Positions 12,478-25,260 of a stretch of 64,000 nt of DNA are shown here, piece after piece. This stretch comes from Squalus acanthias. Lineage: Eukaryota. Position 1 is the first letter of the stretch; the number at the start of each line of letters is the position of its first letter. The stretch is from NCBI GenBank assembly GCA_030390025.1, contig CM059432.1, forward strand, positions 24,058,001 through 24,122,000, given 5' to 3'. Below the pieces are notes generated by a model, which was not told where the DNA came from, did no database searches, and saw only the letters and a program-made list of their open reading frames with translations. The position numbers and the translations under genes were made by a program.

Positions 12478-14052
12478 TGTAGAGTTTCGCAATTATCGCG
12501 ATTCAAAATTACATGAGAGAAGCAGATTCAATTTATCATTTTATTAAACGAAATGTTGTCCTGATAATAAAGGACACAGAAGCCTGTAAAATGGCCGCCG
12601 CACATCGTGGCAGAAGCTTCCAGAGACACAGTGGGCAGACAAGATGGAGTCGAATATACATTCAGTATGAGATTGGATCGTACTCGGTACACATTGATAA
12701 AGACAGGATGCAACCCGTTTGCATTTTTGAACAATAGCAATGATATAAGTGCTGGGCCATCGAGAACCCATCTAGACACATCAATACACAAATACCCCCC
12801 CGGCTCAACAATGAGAGAGACATTGGCGGGTGATTAAGCCAGTATTCGGGGGGCCCCAAAACCAGTCGAGGAGACGATTCATACACATCCTGGCTGGCTC
12901 AACAATGGAGAAGGTATTAACGGATAGTTGGCCAGTTTCAGGTGCTACCGAAACCCGTTAAGAAGATAATCGCCCCATGCTGGGAGTCTTGAGCGCCAAT
13001 ATCACACAAAGAATAACATTTAGATTTGAGCGGGAGATAAAGCGGACACAACAGTATAACTGTAGAGGACAAATGTCCATCGGTCTCTTCCTGAACTCTT
13101 CCTTGGGGCTGGACTTTTGGTCGCTTGATTTCTCTGGACTCTCTCGACTCTTGACTCTTAGCCGTACTGGTCGGTTATTCGAGTGTTGGGTGGAGCTCAA
13201 TCGGAACGAGCCGCCTCGACAAGGGCAAGTAACAGGGTACACCATCCCGAGTGTCGGTAAACGGTGTCTGGACCCGAAGGCTCGAGTGACGAGAAGAAAG
13301 ACGAGAAGAAAGACGAGAAGAAATTCCACGTGCCGCCACGGTCAGTAAACCCCGACCGCGCCCGAAAATATGCCGACAGAACTTTCCTTTGGGTTCTACC
13401 GACTTCTACATGTACCGTAACACAGGAAGATTCTTCTTTGAATTCTAAGACGGTTTGAGTCCATCGACTGCTTCATGACATCAGGGAGTCTGGCTTGCCT
13501 TTCACGGCAGTGAGAGTAAACAAGTGGGGTGCAGAAACCCTTCCAAACACGTGACAGTCAGACGCTGCAGCGAAACGAGCTGAGTGCCTCATTTTAAAAT
13601 CTCCGAAGTAAGCCGAGTGGTGAGCATGTTTTCCGATCCTACAAATCCAGACGTAGTTTAGGTATTGTTAAGGGAGGGTGCTTTTTATAAGGCTAAGGTA
13701 TAATGTGTTCCCCTTTTTACGATGTGCCGTGTGTTCTCCATTTCCATAGACCAAGCTTTATGAACGTGTGTATACTTGTACTCTCTTTGATTTGCGCCTA
13801 TGACATGTATTTCATGATTTTAGACGCCATGCAATAAAGATATTCATTTTGTGCTATTCGACCGGGTCTATTTGAGTTTTTCTCTGCATTACTGCTCCTT
13901 GCATCTAAGTCCAGGTGTCAGAACCGTAAGGGCGAGTGGGTCGAACCACTCACAGGTGCTTATTGCAAAAAGGCTGGCCGGAGACCAGAGCAAGCAATAG
14001 TATAGGCAACGAAGGCCTAACCTCGCACCAGTACCGTTTGAAACCCCTTACA
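12478..14052 (+). mobile_element. Solo LTR, 1575 bp, 4-bp TSD AGCA
   Basis: TGTAGAGTTTC...GAAACCCCTTACA; AGCA at 12474-12477 and 14053-14056; TATA-like TTTATAA near 13685; AATAAA near 13833. Confidence 0.85.
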
Positions 14053-14606
14053 AGCAGCATAGGGCTTCCTGCCCCCGATCTGGAGCAAGCGCTGCATCCG
14101 AGGTGGTAGTCCCACACGTCTGCAATGTTATTGCTGAAGTAGTTGATTCATTTACATCGACTATCAGAATGACATAACACACGTATCAGCATCATAGGCC
14201 ATTAATTCCTTGGAAAATGGCTGCAGCGCAATCCAATTTCTAGGTCACTATGTCCATGGAGTTTCCTTTATTCCCAATCTCTGATACCACCTCAGGATAT
14301 CATTTTTTTTCATCCTGCTCACAAGCATTTAATTTCCAGGACAGTCTTTTTGCCCCTTTAAGGATAGGTGTTATGTTCCCTTCTCTCCAATCATTTGGTG
14401 CTACACCCCGTTTCAATGGCTCCCAAAAGGATCCTGCGATAATCTGAAAATTTGGCCATTTCTTTAAGTAGCCGTAAGCTCTGGGTCCTCACCTTTTTTT
14501 CAATGTCTTCAAAGGAGACTAATGGCTTCTTCTGTGACTATTGATACAAAAGAAATTGTTCAGGGTGGTCCCATTCTACGTCCCCATCAATGGCCATTTA
14601 AAAACC

Positions 14607-15552
14607 TGTACGAAAGACTGGTATTAGAGATTCTTAGTATATGGGAATCATATATGTATAAATTCAAGTGTAGCCATTGACCAACTAATCTTACCCATGA
14701 TTCCCTGTGGGTATGGAAATGCGAAAGACTGTTCGAATGTAGCCACAAGACAGTTAAAAAGCAGTTTAGACTAAGCTCAGATAACAAACAGCCACAGGCT
14801 GCGAGTGAAGGTCAAATTGTTAAATAACATATTATAGTACTAATAACATATTATAATGCTAAGTAGGAATTAGAGTTCGCTTAACAAAACTAATTGCAAA
14901 GATATTTGAAAGATAATTAGTATAAAAGACATATATTGAGAGAGATCTTGGGAGTTAAAGTATCCACTTGGTAGATCAAAGTGAGATAGTCTGGACACCG
15001 TCAAGATAAGGGAGACAGCTCTGACATCGGCCCCTTGGTATCAGGCATGTAATGCTTGTACCAGGGAAGTTAGAATAAGAGAGATAAGATAAATTCCAAT
15101 AAGGTGAAGAAACGTATAAACAACATAACCACGAACAGGGTAGAATTGTTGGAAAATTACTGGAGCCAGGCGTGGCCAAGATGCTACCCTTAGTCTGAGC
15201 GATAATGGTATTTTGACCATTAGAACCTATGGAAAAAGGTGATTTTGTTAAAGACCATATATGGACACTGGCCAAATGAACTGTTGATAAAAAAAAGGGT
15301 TAAAACCCCAATACTAAATAAGTAACTTCACACAGAACTACTGCGAAAGCAAAGGAACAGACTGAAGATGACATCACCTGTGTCCGAGAGGCTCCAGAGA
15401 CCAAGGGCTGAGAGCTACTCGTTGAACTGTCGCCTATTGTTAAGTATATTACGCTGTAAGCTTAATAAATCTTGATCTATTGCTCAAATATACTGGCTGC
15501 TGCATATTTGTGTCTTGTCCTAGAACGCTGAGGGATCATTTAAGATCTTACA
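14607..15552 (+). mobile_element. Solo LTR, 946 bp, 4-bp TSD AACC
   Basis: TGTACGA...TCTTACA; AACC at 14603-14606 and 15553-15556; AATAAA near 15464. Confidence 0.8.
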
Positions 15553-15584
15553 AACCCTACTCCTTCCCCATCATGCTACTATTC

Positions 15585-16400
15585 AATAACAACAACTTGG
15601 ATTTATATAACTCCTTTAACATAGAAACAACTCTACAGGGCGCTTCACAGAAGTGTAATCAGACAAAAATTGACAGAGACAAAAAAGGAAATATTAGGAG
15701 GGACCTAAAAGCTCAGTCAAGGAGGTAGGTTTTAAGGATGGTCTTAAAGGAGGAGAGAGGTGGGGAGGTTTAGGGAGGGAATTTCAGAGCTTTGGGCCTA
15801 GATGGCTGAAAGCACAGCCACCAATGGTTGGGGCAAAGGGAGTGAGAGATGCACAAGAATCCAGAGTTGGAGGAAAGCAGAGTCTTGGAGTGTTGTACGG
15901 CTGGAGGAACTTACAGAGATAGGAAGAGGTGAGGCCATGAAGGAATTTTAAATTGGAGGCATTGGGGGATTGGAGCCAATGTAGATCAGCAAGCACAGGG
16001 GTGATGCGTAAGCAGGATTTGGTGGGGATTAGGACATGAGCAGCAGAGTTTTGGATGATCTGAAGTTCATGGAGGATGGAGGCTGGGAGGCCGGCCAAGA
16101 GAGCATTGGAATAGTCAAGTCTGAAGGTGAAAATGGCATGAGAGGAGATAGGAAACAAACTAGAGAAAGACGTCAGTTTAAGTCTATGGCCGGGGGTAAA
16201 CTTTGAAGAATTTTGGCTTGCTGGGTCAGAGGAAGCGAGATGCAACAGAGGCAGCTGAATGATCTCAGTTTTAGTGACAAAGAAGTCCATGAGTGCATAC
16301 TTGTTGTTGCAGGTGAGAACAAAGGGGCAGGGGAGAGAAGATTAAGCGATGGTTGGTAGTGGTTGGTAGTATTATAGTTGTTAAAAAAGAGCAATGCAGT
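15585..16400 (-). mobile_element. L2 LINE 3' fragment
   Basis: 'RLDYSNALLAGLP...LQIIQNSAAHVL...ITPVLADLHWL' and a (TTG)n tail. Confidence 0.85.
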
Positions 16401-16997
16401 GGTTTAAGGAGAAGGCCGACCTTCTTCTCAGGTTGCCAGTATTGCCAACGTCCTCAGAACACATAAAAAACCCCACAAAAGTAGCTGCCAAGATGGAATA
16501 AAAATAAAAAGTTTATGAAATGGCCCCATAATACTACCATAAAATCTTCATATAGTCTTTTTTAAATCCACTTTGGTCTCTAACAACCCTGAGCAGCCAT
16601 TGTATGTGGGAGAGCAGATGATCAATGATATCCCTGTGTGAACGTTGGGAATTGGCGTGAAGGATGCTATTATATCATTCTGCTGGGTGCTCCTCTTGCC
16701 ACTGTGAAACCCAACCAGAAAACTGGTTGTGGCACTAAATGGGTGGAGAACCGGCAAGACCAATCTCTGCCTCCTTTTCTCACTGAAAATTTGGCTTCCT
16801 TTGTCGATTGTGATGACCAGATATTAACTTTGCTCTCTTCCAATGCTGATGGGCAGGTTGTGTACTTCCAGAATGTTCTGCTTTTATTCCCAAGGCAATT
16901 AAAAAGGCTGCCTGTCATATTGCTGCCGTCTTTTAAACTTCGTTGGGTGGGTATTTATGATAGCCTGTCAGAAGGAAAAGAAAATGAAAGGCATTAA

Positions 16998-17662
16998 GTG
17001 GGCGAAATTCCCAGGTGCTAACGGGGCACAAATGGCTTTTCGCCCTCCCCCGAGGTGCTAACCGTGCCTCCCGCGAAATTCCGTGGGAGGTTAGTGGCAG
17101 CGCTACCAGGTATCGCCCCGATCTTCTGCACCCAGAGATCATGACGTCATCTCTGGCGCAGCGCCCCGTTAGAAAAATTCCCCCTCGTGCCCCGCAGCAG
17201 CGCCGGGCGATGTTACCGACTGCTGCAGAAAAAAATTATTTCGGAGCACCAGACATGGGCTGAGTGCCGCGATCGGTCAACCCGGCACTCAGCTTGAGTG
17301 CTGGGCTGATCGCGCGGCACTTCCGCCCCCCCACCCCCCCCGCCCCCTGGTGTTCCAGCAGATGCCAAAAAAAAAGCAGAGCTCGCAGCGGGGAGCCCTT
17401 CCCTTTAATTGAGGGAAGAGACTCTGCAACGCGGCAGCGCCATGCGTGGCCACAAGTGGCGCTGCTGAGCACATCACCCCAGATCGGGACATTCCCCACC
17501 TCTTGCGATCCAAGAGGCAAGTGGAGCGCTTGATTTAACGCCCCACTACCCTCTTGGAGCAAAAAATGGGAATTTCTCAAATGTTTGAAAAGGTTAGCGC
17601 CTAACTTTTCAAACATTTTTGACTTAGCGCCCCAAATGGCCCTCTAGGGGAATTTCTCCCCC
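16998..17662. mobile_element. Harbinger-type MITE, TSD TAA
   Basis: GTGGGCGAAATTC / GAATTTCTCCCCC termini, TAA on both sides, subterminal GC-rich motifs shared with 41544-45687. Confidence 0.85.
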
Positions 17663-18369
17663 TAAGTCTTGCCTTTTCTTAAGACTGATTAAGGAGATTC
17701 AAAATCCTGTACCAATGCAGGATCAAAAGCAACTACTTCTTTTGTTTAGCCCAAAGCTGTTCAGACAGGTTCAGGTTAGGTTAATGTAGAACAGGATTTT
17801 TGTTTGCCAAATGTTATCTTCCGCCCCAGTTTTTAATATTTCTTATCACCACAATATTTAAATGTGCTTGATTTATTCCAGGTTCTACTATCATATAATT
17901 TGGTTTACAAGCTTAAACCTGGAGTCTAATTGTAAACTGACCCATTTTATTTGACCTGAAATTGGCTTTGTTTAAATTATTCAAATTTTACTATCTACAG
18001 GGCCTGGTTGAAAATTAGCCTCAGTTAATTTAGTTATCTCTCACTGTCCAGTCACAAAACAATGTTACATCTTTTAAACCTTTACAAACTGAAACAATTA
18101 TGGTACATTTGCCATTGTTGGCTTTTTTGAAGCTGCAGCAGTCTTTGTGCCCACACGTCCTCTGCCCAGCCTGCTGTGCTGTGGCTTCGGGGAGGGCCCT
18201 TCTTTAATATTTGTGCTGGGCTCCCAGCCTTGATTGGGCTTCCTTGCTATCAGTTTGCTTAGTGGGAGGGGGGCTGGGGGGTGGAGGTGCTGCATTTCTG
18301 AAGCTGCTGCTGCTCTTAAAGGGGCTGTAGCAGCCATTTAAAAGGGAGCTTTATTTGTGGCAGCAAGAA

Positions 18370-18855
18370 TGGTCCCTGGTTGGAATTATCGTCGAAGAAT
18401 GGCAGGCAAGAAACCCATGACCCGCACTATGGAGCAGCTGCTTCAGCAAGTGAGTGAAAGGAGGTTTGCCCTGTTTGACAATCCAAGGCTGTCTACCCAG
18501 AAGAAGCCATGATGCGGAGATCACGGTGTTGGACTGGGGTGGACAAAAGTGAGAAGTCGCACAACACCAGGTTATAGTCCAACAGTTTTATTTGAAATCA
18601 CAAGCTTTCGGAGCGGCTGCTCCTTCGTCAGGTGAAGGACCTGACGAAGGAGCAGCCGCTCCGAAAGCTTGTGATTTCAAATAAAACTGTTGGACTATAA
18701 CCTGGTGTTGTGCGACTTCTCACTTTTACCCAGAAGAAAGCAGGTTAAAGTGCATGGGAGGCAGTGGCATCGAAAGCCGATGCTGTGCCTAATACTCAGA
18801 GGGCCTAGGTGAAGATGAGAAAGAAGTTTTCCAGCCTGAGAAAGTCTGCCAGGCT
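18370..18855 (+). pseudogene. Decayed Myb/SANT-like coding remnant (Harbinger-type), split by a Penelope-derived insertion
   Basis: Joining the flanks reads about 'MEQLLQQVSERRFALF...AWEAVASKADAVPNTQR..KMRKKFSSLRKSAR', with stops. Confidence 0.55.
18506..18727. mobile_element. Penelope-like element remnant with perfect 89-bp inverted repeat and minimal hammerhead motif
   Basis: Arms 18545-18633 and 18639-18727; CTGACGA-A-GGAGC(AGCC)GCTCC-GAAA-GCTT; direct repeat TACCCAGAAGAA at 18494-18505 and 18727-18738. Confidence 0.75.
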
Positions 18856-18931
18856 AATACGACCCACATTTACCTCTATCAATTAACTGGGCAAAAGTAT
18901 GCATGCCACAAAGTGTTTCCTCTCAACTCAT

Positions 18932-19799
18932 TGGGGAAAAATTCGGTTGCTTTGCGCCTCCTGTTAGCGCCCTAAGAGGGCGCTAATGGGGCGCAAAGCA
19001 ACTAGCGCCCGGGCACGGCGATGTTTGCGCTGCTCGCAAAATTGACCAGACATTTTGCGGCGGCGCTAAACACTACCGCCACGATCTCCTGCGCCCACAG
19101 ATCGTGACGTCAGTCAAGCGTGCAACGCCCCGGTAGCGCCCCAGACCAGATATTGAGTGGTGCCCTCTACCTTAACGTCTGCCGCTAGCAATGACAGGTT
19201 GAGGGGAGCGTTTTGCAGTCCGGAAGGGACTGGGGGAGCGCTATTTAAAGGCGACCGTTTCCTGCCTTTTTTTGTTGGTGACATTTTTGCACCATGCATT
19301 CTGAGAGAAAGAGAGAGAGACTTCTGGAGAGATTCAACGCTGTGTGAAGGAGTTTGAGGTACTGAGCAGCACTTTGCAAGTTCATTTTGATTTGACCTTA
19401 TGCATCGATTTAGAAGAGACTATGGGGTCTGCACTCCGAGCTCTTTCCTTGGGCCTCTCCATTATTCTTTCCAGCAGATTTGATGTACAGGTCTCTCCAG
19501 GCCGAGATTCAAGGCTGTATTGAGCAGGGTGCGGATGGAGAGCAAATCGACCCTCCCCTTTAAGAACTGGCTGGTGCCAGTGTGTCTATGTTCCATTGCT
19601 AACTGACATCACATGAGCTTCGCCAGCGCTCTGAGGTAGCACCTCGCTCCTCGGCGTTAGTCTGATTTAGCGCTCCAATCACCTCCAGGGGCGATAGAAG
19701 CCAAGTTTGCAGTCGGAAGCGATAATTAGCGCTAGGCGCTAAACTTTGCGCCCGGCCAATAATTGCGCCCTAAGCGGGGCGATACCAAATTTCTCCCCC
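18932..19799. mobile_element. Internally deleted derivative of the Harbinger family at 41544-45687
   Basis: Left part resembles 41544-42060 and right part resembles 45349-45687; GGGGAAAAATT / AATTTCTCCCC termini. Confidence 0.88.
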
Positions 19800-20239
19800 A
19801 TTATACTTTAACTGAGGCTACATGCAAAGCAGTCAGGCAACCATGCAGCTCTTTCCTAGCATCACATGTGTGCAGCAGGTAAACTTTCCTCGCTGTACTT
19901 ACATCTGTAAAGTTGTATTTAGAAAGCAAGCTTCCAGGAAGACCTAGTCACATTTAGTGATGGAAGATCACTCAGGCTGTGAATCGGGCCCACTAAATAT
20001 CTCACCCAAATTCCTGGATCCTATTACATGAAACTCTGAGCCAACAGCGCTAAATCATAAAATATCCTTTTATATCGATTGCCAACTCGCTCTGCGATCA
20101 TGAATCTGAGTAACTGTTGAAATTCCAGGAATACTCTGGCAGTACTAATCAGGATTTTGTTTTTCTTAAAAGGGGCTTACTCACCTTTGCAAATTGTTTG
20201 GGAAATTTTATCACCAATCTTACCAACTGACAACATTGA

Positions 20240-20377
20240 CATTGTTGCATAAACGTGGCTTGTATTCCCTTGTCTATAGAAGATTGAGGGGTGATCAGAT
20301 TGAGGTGTTTAAAATGTTAAAAGGATTCAATAGGGTTGATATAGAGAAATTATTTCCTCTGGTAGGGGAATCAAGAA
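20240..20377 (+). mobile_element. CR1 short fragment
   Basis: 'GLYSLVYRRLRGDQIEVFKMLKGF'. Confidence 0.75.
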
Positions 20378-21630
20378 CAACAATAACAACTTGTATTTAT
20401 ATAGCGCCTTTAACGTAGTCAAACATCCCAAGGCGCGTCACAGGAGTATTATAAGTCAAAAAATTGGACACCGAGCCACATAAGGAGAAATTAGGGTAGA
20501 TGATAAAAGCTTGGTCAAAGAGACAGGTTTTAAGGATCGTCTTAAAGGAGGAAAGAGATGTAGAGAGGCGGAGAGATTTAGGGAAGGAATTCCAGAGCTT
20601 AGGGCCTAGGCAACAGAAGGCTCGGCCACCAAAGGTTGAGCGATTATAATCAGGGATGCTCAAGAGGGTAGAATTAGAGGAGCACAGATATCTCGGGGGG
20701 TTGTGGGGCTGAAGGAGATTACAGAGATAGGGAGGGGCGAGGCCATGGAGGGATTTGAAAACAAGGATGAGAATTTTGAAATCGAGACATTGCTTAACCG
20801 GGAGCCAATGTAGATCAGCGAGTACAAGGGTGATGGGTGAACAGGACTTGGTGCGAGTTAGGACACGGGCAGCCGAGTTTTGGATGACCTCAAGTTTACA
20901 TAGGGTGGAACGTGGGAGGCCAGCCAGGAGTGTGTTGGAATAGTCAAGTCTAGAGGTAACAAAGGCATGGATGAGGGTTTCAGCAGCGGATGAGCTGAGG
21001 CAAGGGCGGAGACAGATGGAGGTGGAAATAGGCGGTCTTAGTTATGCTGTGGATATGTGGTCGGAAGCTCATTTCAGTGTCAAATGTGACACCAAGGTTG
21101 CGAACAGTGTGGTTCAGCCTCAGACAGATTTTAGGGAGAGGGATGGAGTCAGTGGCTAGGGAACAGAGTTTGTGGCGGGGACCAAAAACAATGGCTTTGG
21201 TCTTCCCAATATTTAATTGGAGAAAAATTCTGCTCATCCAAAACTGGATGTCGGACAAGCAGTCTGACAATTTAGAGACCGTGAGGGGTCGAGAGAAATG
21301 TTGGTGAGGTAGAGCTGGGTGTCATCAGCATACATGTGGAAACTGACACTGTGTTTTCGGATGATGTCGCCAAGGGGCAACATGTAGATGAGAAATAGGA
21401 AGAAGCCAAGGATAGATCCAGAGATAATGATGCAGGAGCGGGCAGGCAAGCCATTGCAGATGATTCACTGGCTATGATTAGATAGATAAGAATGGAACCA
21501 GGCGAGTGCAGTCCCACTGAGCTGGACGACAGTGGAGAGGCGTTGGAGGCGGATGGAGTGGTCAACCATGTCAAAGGCTGCAGGCAAGTCAAGAAGGACG
21601 AGAAGGGATAGTTTACCTTTGTCACAGTCA
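20378..21630 (-). mobile_element. L2 LINE fragment (decayed RT and 3' end)
   Basis: '[13 protein letters not shown]', 'HMYADDTQLY', 'GGRAFCCLGPKLWNS'; (TTG)n tail. Confidence 0.9.
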
Positions 21631-21642
21631 CAAAGGAGACAT

Positions 21643-21972
21643 GGGCCTAGAAATTCGGTACCTGTGCGCCAGCCGTTACCGTTGATTTGCTGCAAAAAAA
21701 ATGGCAGCTGCCTCACTTTCAGCCGCCTCCGGCAGGGGATATGACAGCTGCCATTTTGGTAAAGGTCATAGTGCTGCAGTTGACAGCGCTGTCCCCTGAA
21801 ATGTAAATGAGCAGATCGTGACGTCAGTCAGCATGCAACACCAACTTGATGCCATGTCTGCAAACTTCGACGATCTCGCTCTGTTTAACACTGGGTCCTA
21901 AGGATGCTTAGAAAAGCGATCGTGAAGCAGCCCTGCAGAGATGCTGTCAGCGCTTCTTAAAGGGACACACAC
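21643..21972. mobile_element. Harbinger left-end fragment
   Basis: GGGCCTAGAAATTCGGTACC resembles the 46959 terminus; GTGACGTCAG motif; cut off by a CR1. Confidence 0.6.
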
Positions 21973-24900
21973 AAAAGAACATAAGAACATAAGAAATAAG
22001 AGCAGGAGTAGGTCATATGGCCCCTCGAACCTGCTCAGCCATTCAATAAGATCATGGCTGATCATTGACCTCAACTCCACTTTCCCGCCCGATCTCCATA
22101 TCCCTTGATTCCCCTAGAGTCCAAAAATCTATCTATCTCAGCCTTGAATATACTCAAAGACTCAGCATCCACAGCCCTCTGGGGCAGAGAATTCCAAAGA
22201 TTCACAACCCTCTGAGTGAAGACATTCCTCCTCATCTCGGTCTTAAATGGCCGACCCCTTATCCTGAGACTATGCCCCCTAGTTCTAGACACTCCAGCCA
22301 GGGGAAACAATCTCTCAGCATCTATCCTGTCAATCCCCCTCAGAATCTTGTGTGTTTCAATGAGATCACCTCTCAATCTTCTAAACCCCAGAGAGTATAG
22401 GCCTAATCTACACAATCTCTCATCATACGACAGCCCTCTCATCAAAGGAATCAATCTAGTGAACCTTCATTGCACCGCCTCCAAGGCAAGTATACCCTTC
22501 CTTAGATAAGGTGACCAAAACTGTGCACAGTACTCCAGGTGTGGTCTCACCAAGGCCCTAAACAATTGTAGCAAGACTTCCTTACTCTTATACTCCAACC
22601 CCCTTGCAATAAAGGCCATCATGCCATTTGCCTTCCTTATTGCATGCTGTACCTGCATGCTAGCTCTCTGTGTTTCTTGCACAAGAACACCCAAATCTCT
22701 CTGAACACCAACATTTAAAAGTTTCTCACCATTTAAAAAATATTCTGTTTTCTATTCTTCCTACCAAAGTGAATAACCTCACATTTCCTTACATTTATAT
22801 TCCATCTGCCACCTTACTGCCCACTCACTTAGTTTATCTATATCCCTTTGCAGACTCTTTGTGTTCTCCTCACAGCTTACTGTTCCACCTAACTTTGTAT
22901 TGTCAGCAAACTTGGATATATTACACTCGGTCCCTTCATCTAGGTCATTAATATAGATTGTAAATAGCTGAGGCCCCAGCACTGATCCTTGCGGCACCCC
23001 ACTAGTTACAGCTTTCCAACCTGAAAAATATCCGTTTATCCCTACTTACTGTTTCTGTCTGTTAACAAATCCTCTATCCATGATATTATATTACCCCCAA
23101 CCCCATGAACCCTTATCTTGTGTAATAACCTTTTATGTGGTAACTTATCGAATGCCTTTTGTGAATCCAGATATACTACATCCACTGGTTCTCCTTTATC
23201 TACCCTGCTAGTTACATCCTCAAAAAACTCTAATAAATTTGTCAAACGCGATTTCCCTTTCATAAAACCATGTTGACTCTGCCTAATCATGTTATGATTT
23301 TCTAAGTGCCCTGATACCACCTCCTTAACAATGGATTCCAGCATTTTCCCAATGACTGATGTCAGGCTAACTGGCCTGTAGTTCCCTGCTTTCTTCCTCT
23401 TGAATAGCGGTGTTACATTTGCTACCTTCCAATCTGCTGAGACTGTTCTAGAATCTAGGAAATTTTGGAAGATCAAAACCAATGCATCCACTATCTCTGC
23501 AGCCACCTCTTTTTGAACCCTAGGATGTAGGTCATCAGATCCAGGGGATTTGTCAGCTTTTAGTCCCATTAGTTTCTCCAGTACTTTTTCTCTACTTATA
23601 TTAATTAGACCCTTTGTTCCCTACCATTTTTGGTATGCTTTTTGTGAACTCTACTCTGAAGACAGATACAAAATATTTGTTTAACATTTCCTTATTCCCC
23701 ATAATAACTTCTCCTGTCCCAGCCTCTAAGGGACCAACCTTTACTTTTGCTACGCTCTTCCTTTGTACATACTTATAGAAGCTCTAACAATCTGTTTTTA
23801 TATTTCTTGCTAGTTTTCTCTCATATTCTATTTTTTCCCTTTTTATCAATTTTTTGGTCATCCTTTGCTGGTTTCTGAAACTCTCCCAATCCTCAGGCTT
23901 ACTATTATTCTTCACAACATTATAAGCTTCTTCTTTCAATCTAATGCTATCCTTAACTTCTTTAGTTAGCCACGGATGGATCACTTTTCCCGTGGAGTTT
24001 TTGTTTCTCAATGGAATGTATTTTTGTTGAGAATTATGAAATAATTATTTAAATGCTAGCCACTGCTTATCTACTGCCATACCTTTTAATCTATTTTTCC
24101 AATCTACCTTAGCCAACTCACCCTTCATACCTATGTAATTGGCTTCATTTAAGTTTAAGACTCTAGTTTCAGACTTAGGCAAGTCACTCTCAAACTTAAT
24201 GTGAAATTCTATCATATTGTGATCACTCTGCCCCAAAGGATCCTTTACTATGGGATTGCTAATTAATCCTGTTTCATTACACAATATAAGATCTAAAATA
24301 GCCTGTTCCTGAGTTAGTTCCATGATGTATTGTTTTAGGAAACTGTCCCGAATGCATTCCATGAACTCGTCCTCCAGACTACCTTTGCCAATTTGATTTG
24401 TCCAGTCTATATGAAGGTTAAAGTCCCCCATGATTATTGCATTACCTTTGTTGCAAGCTCCTACTATTTCTTTATTAATATTCTGTCCAATGGTATAGTT
24501 ACTGTAAGGTGGCCTATATACTACTCCCACCAATCTTTTCTGCCCCTTGTTATTCCTTATCTCCACCCATACTCAATCTCCTTCCTGATCTTCCGAGCCA
24601 AGCTCCTTTCTACTGTCCTTATATCATCCTTTATTATCAGGGCTACCCCTCCTCCTTTTCCACTCTGCCTGGCTTTTCAAAATATCAAGTACCCTGGAAC
24701 ATTTAGTTCCCACGTCTCAGTAATGGCTATTAGATCAAACACATTTATCTCTATTTGTGCCAGTAGTTCATCTATCTTGTTATGAATGCTTTGTGCATTC
24801 AGATAAAGAGCCTTTAATTTAAATTTTTTACCATTATTCCCTGCTTTAACCTTATTTACTGCTACCGTTAAGCTCTCTGTCCCTTCCTGTCACATTCTGC

Positions 24901-25260
24901 TTATTTTTACCCAAATCGCTACACTGCTCTATTGCCTTGACTTTTCTCTTTAGATTTCTAAATTTCCCCTCACCTGACCCCTCCCTCCTTTTTTAGTTTA
25001 AAGCCCTATCTACAGCCCTCATTATTTGATTTGCCAGGACGCTGGTCTCAGCCTGGTTTAAGTGGGGTCTGTCCCGATGGAACAGCTCCCTCTTTCCCCA
25101 GTACTGGTGCCAGTGCCCCATTAATTGAAACCCCTTCTTCCCACATCACTCTTTGAGCCATGCATTTAACTCTCTGATCTGCTTGACCCTATGCCAATTT
25201 GTGCGTGGCTCAGGTAGTAATCCAGAGATTATTACCCTTGAGGTTCTGCTTATTAATTTA
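21973..25260 (-). mobile_element. CR1 LINE, decayed (end of ORF1 + ORF2)
   Basis: Fragmented APE (24045-24566) and RT (23042-23569, 22779-22997 with FADN, 22071-22454); TTCTTATG-type tail. Confidence 0.92.
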
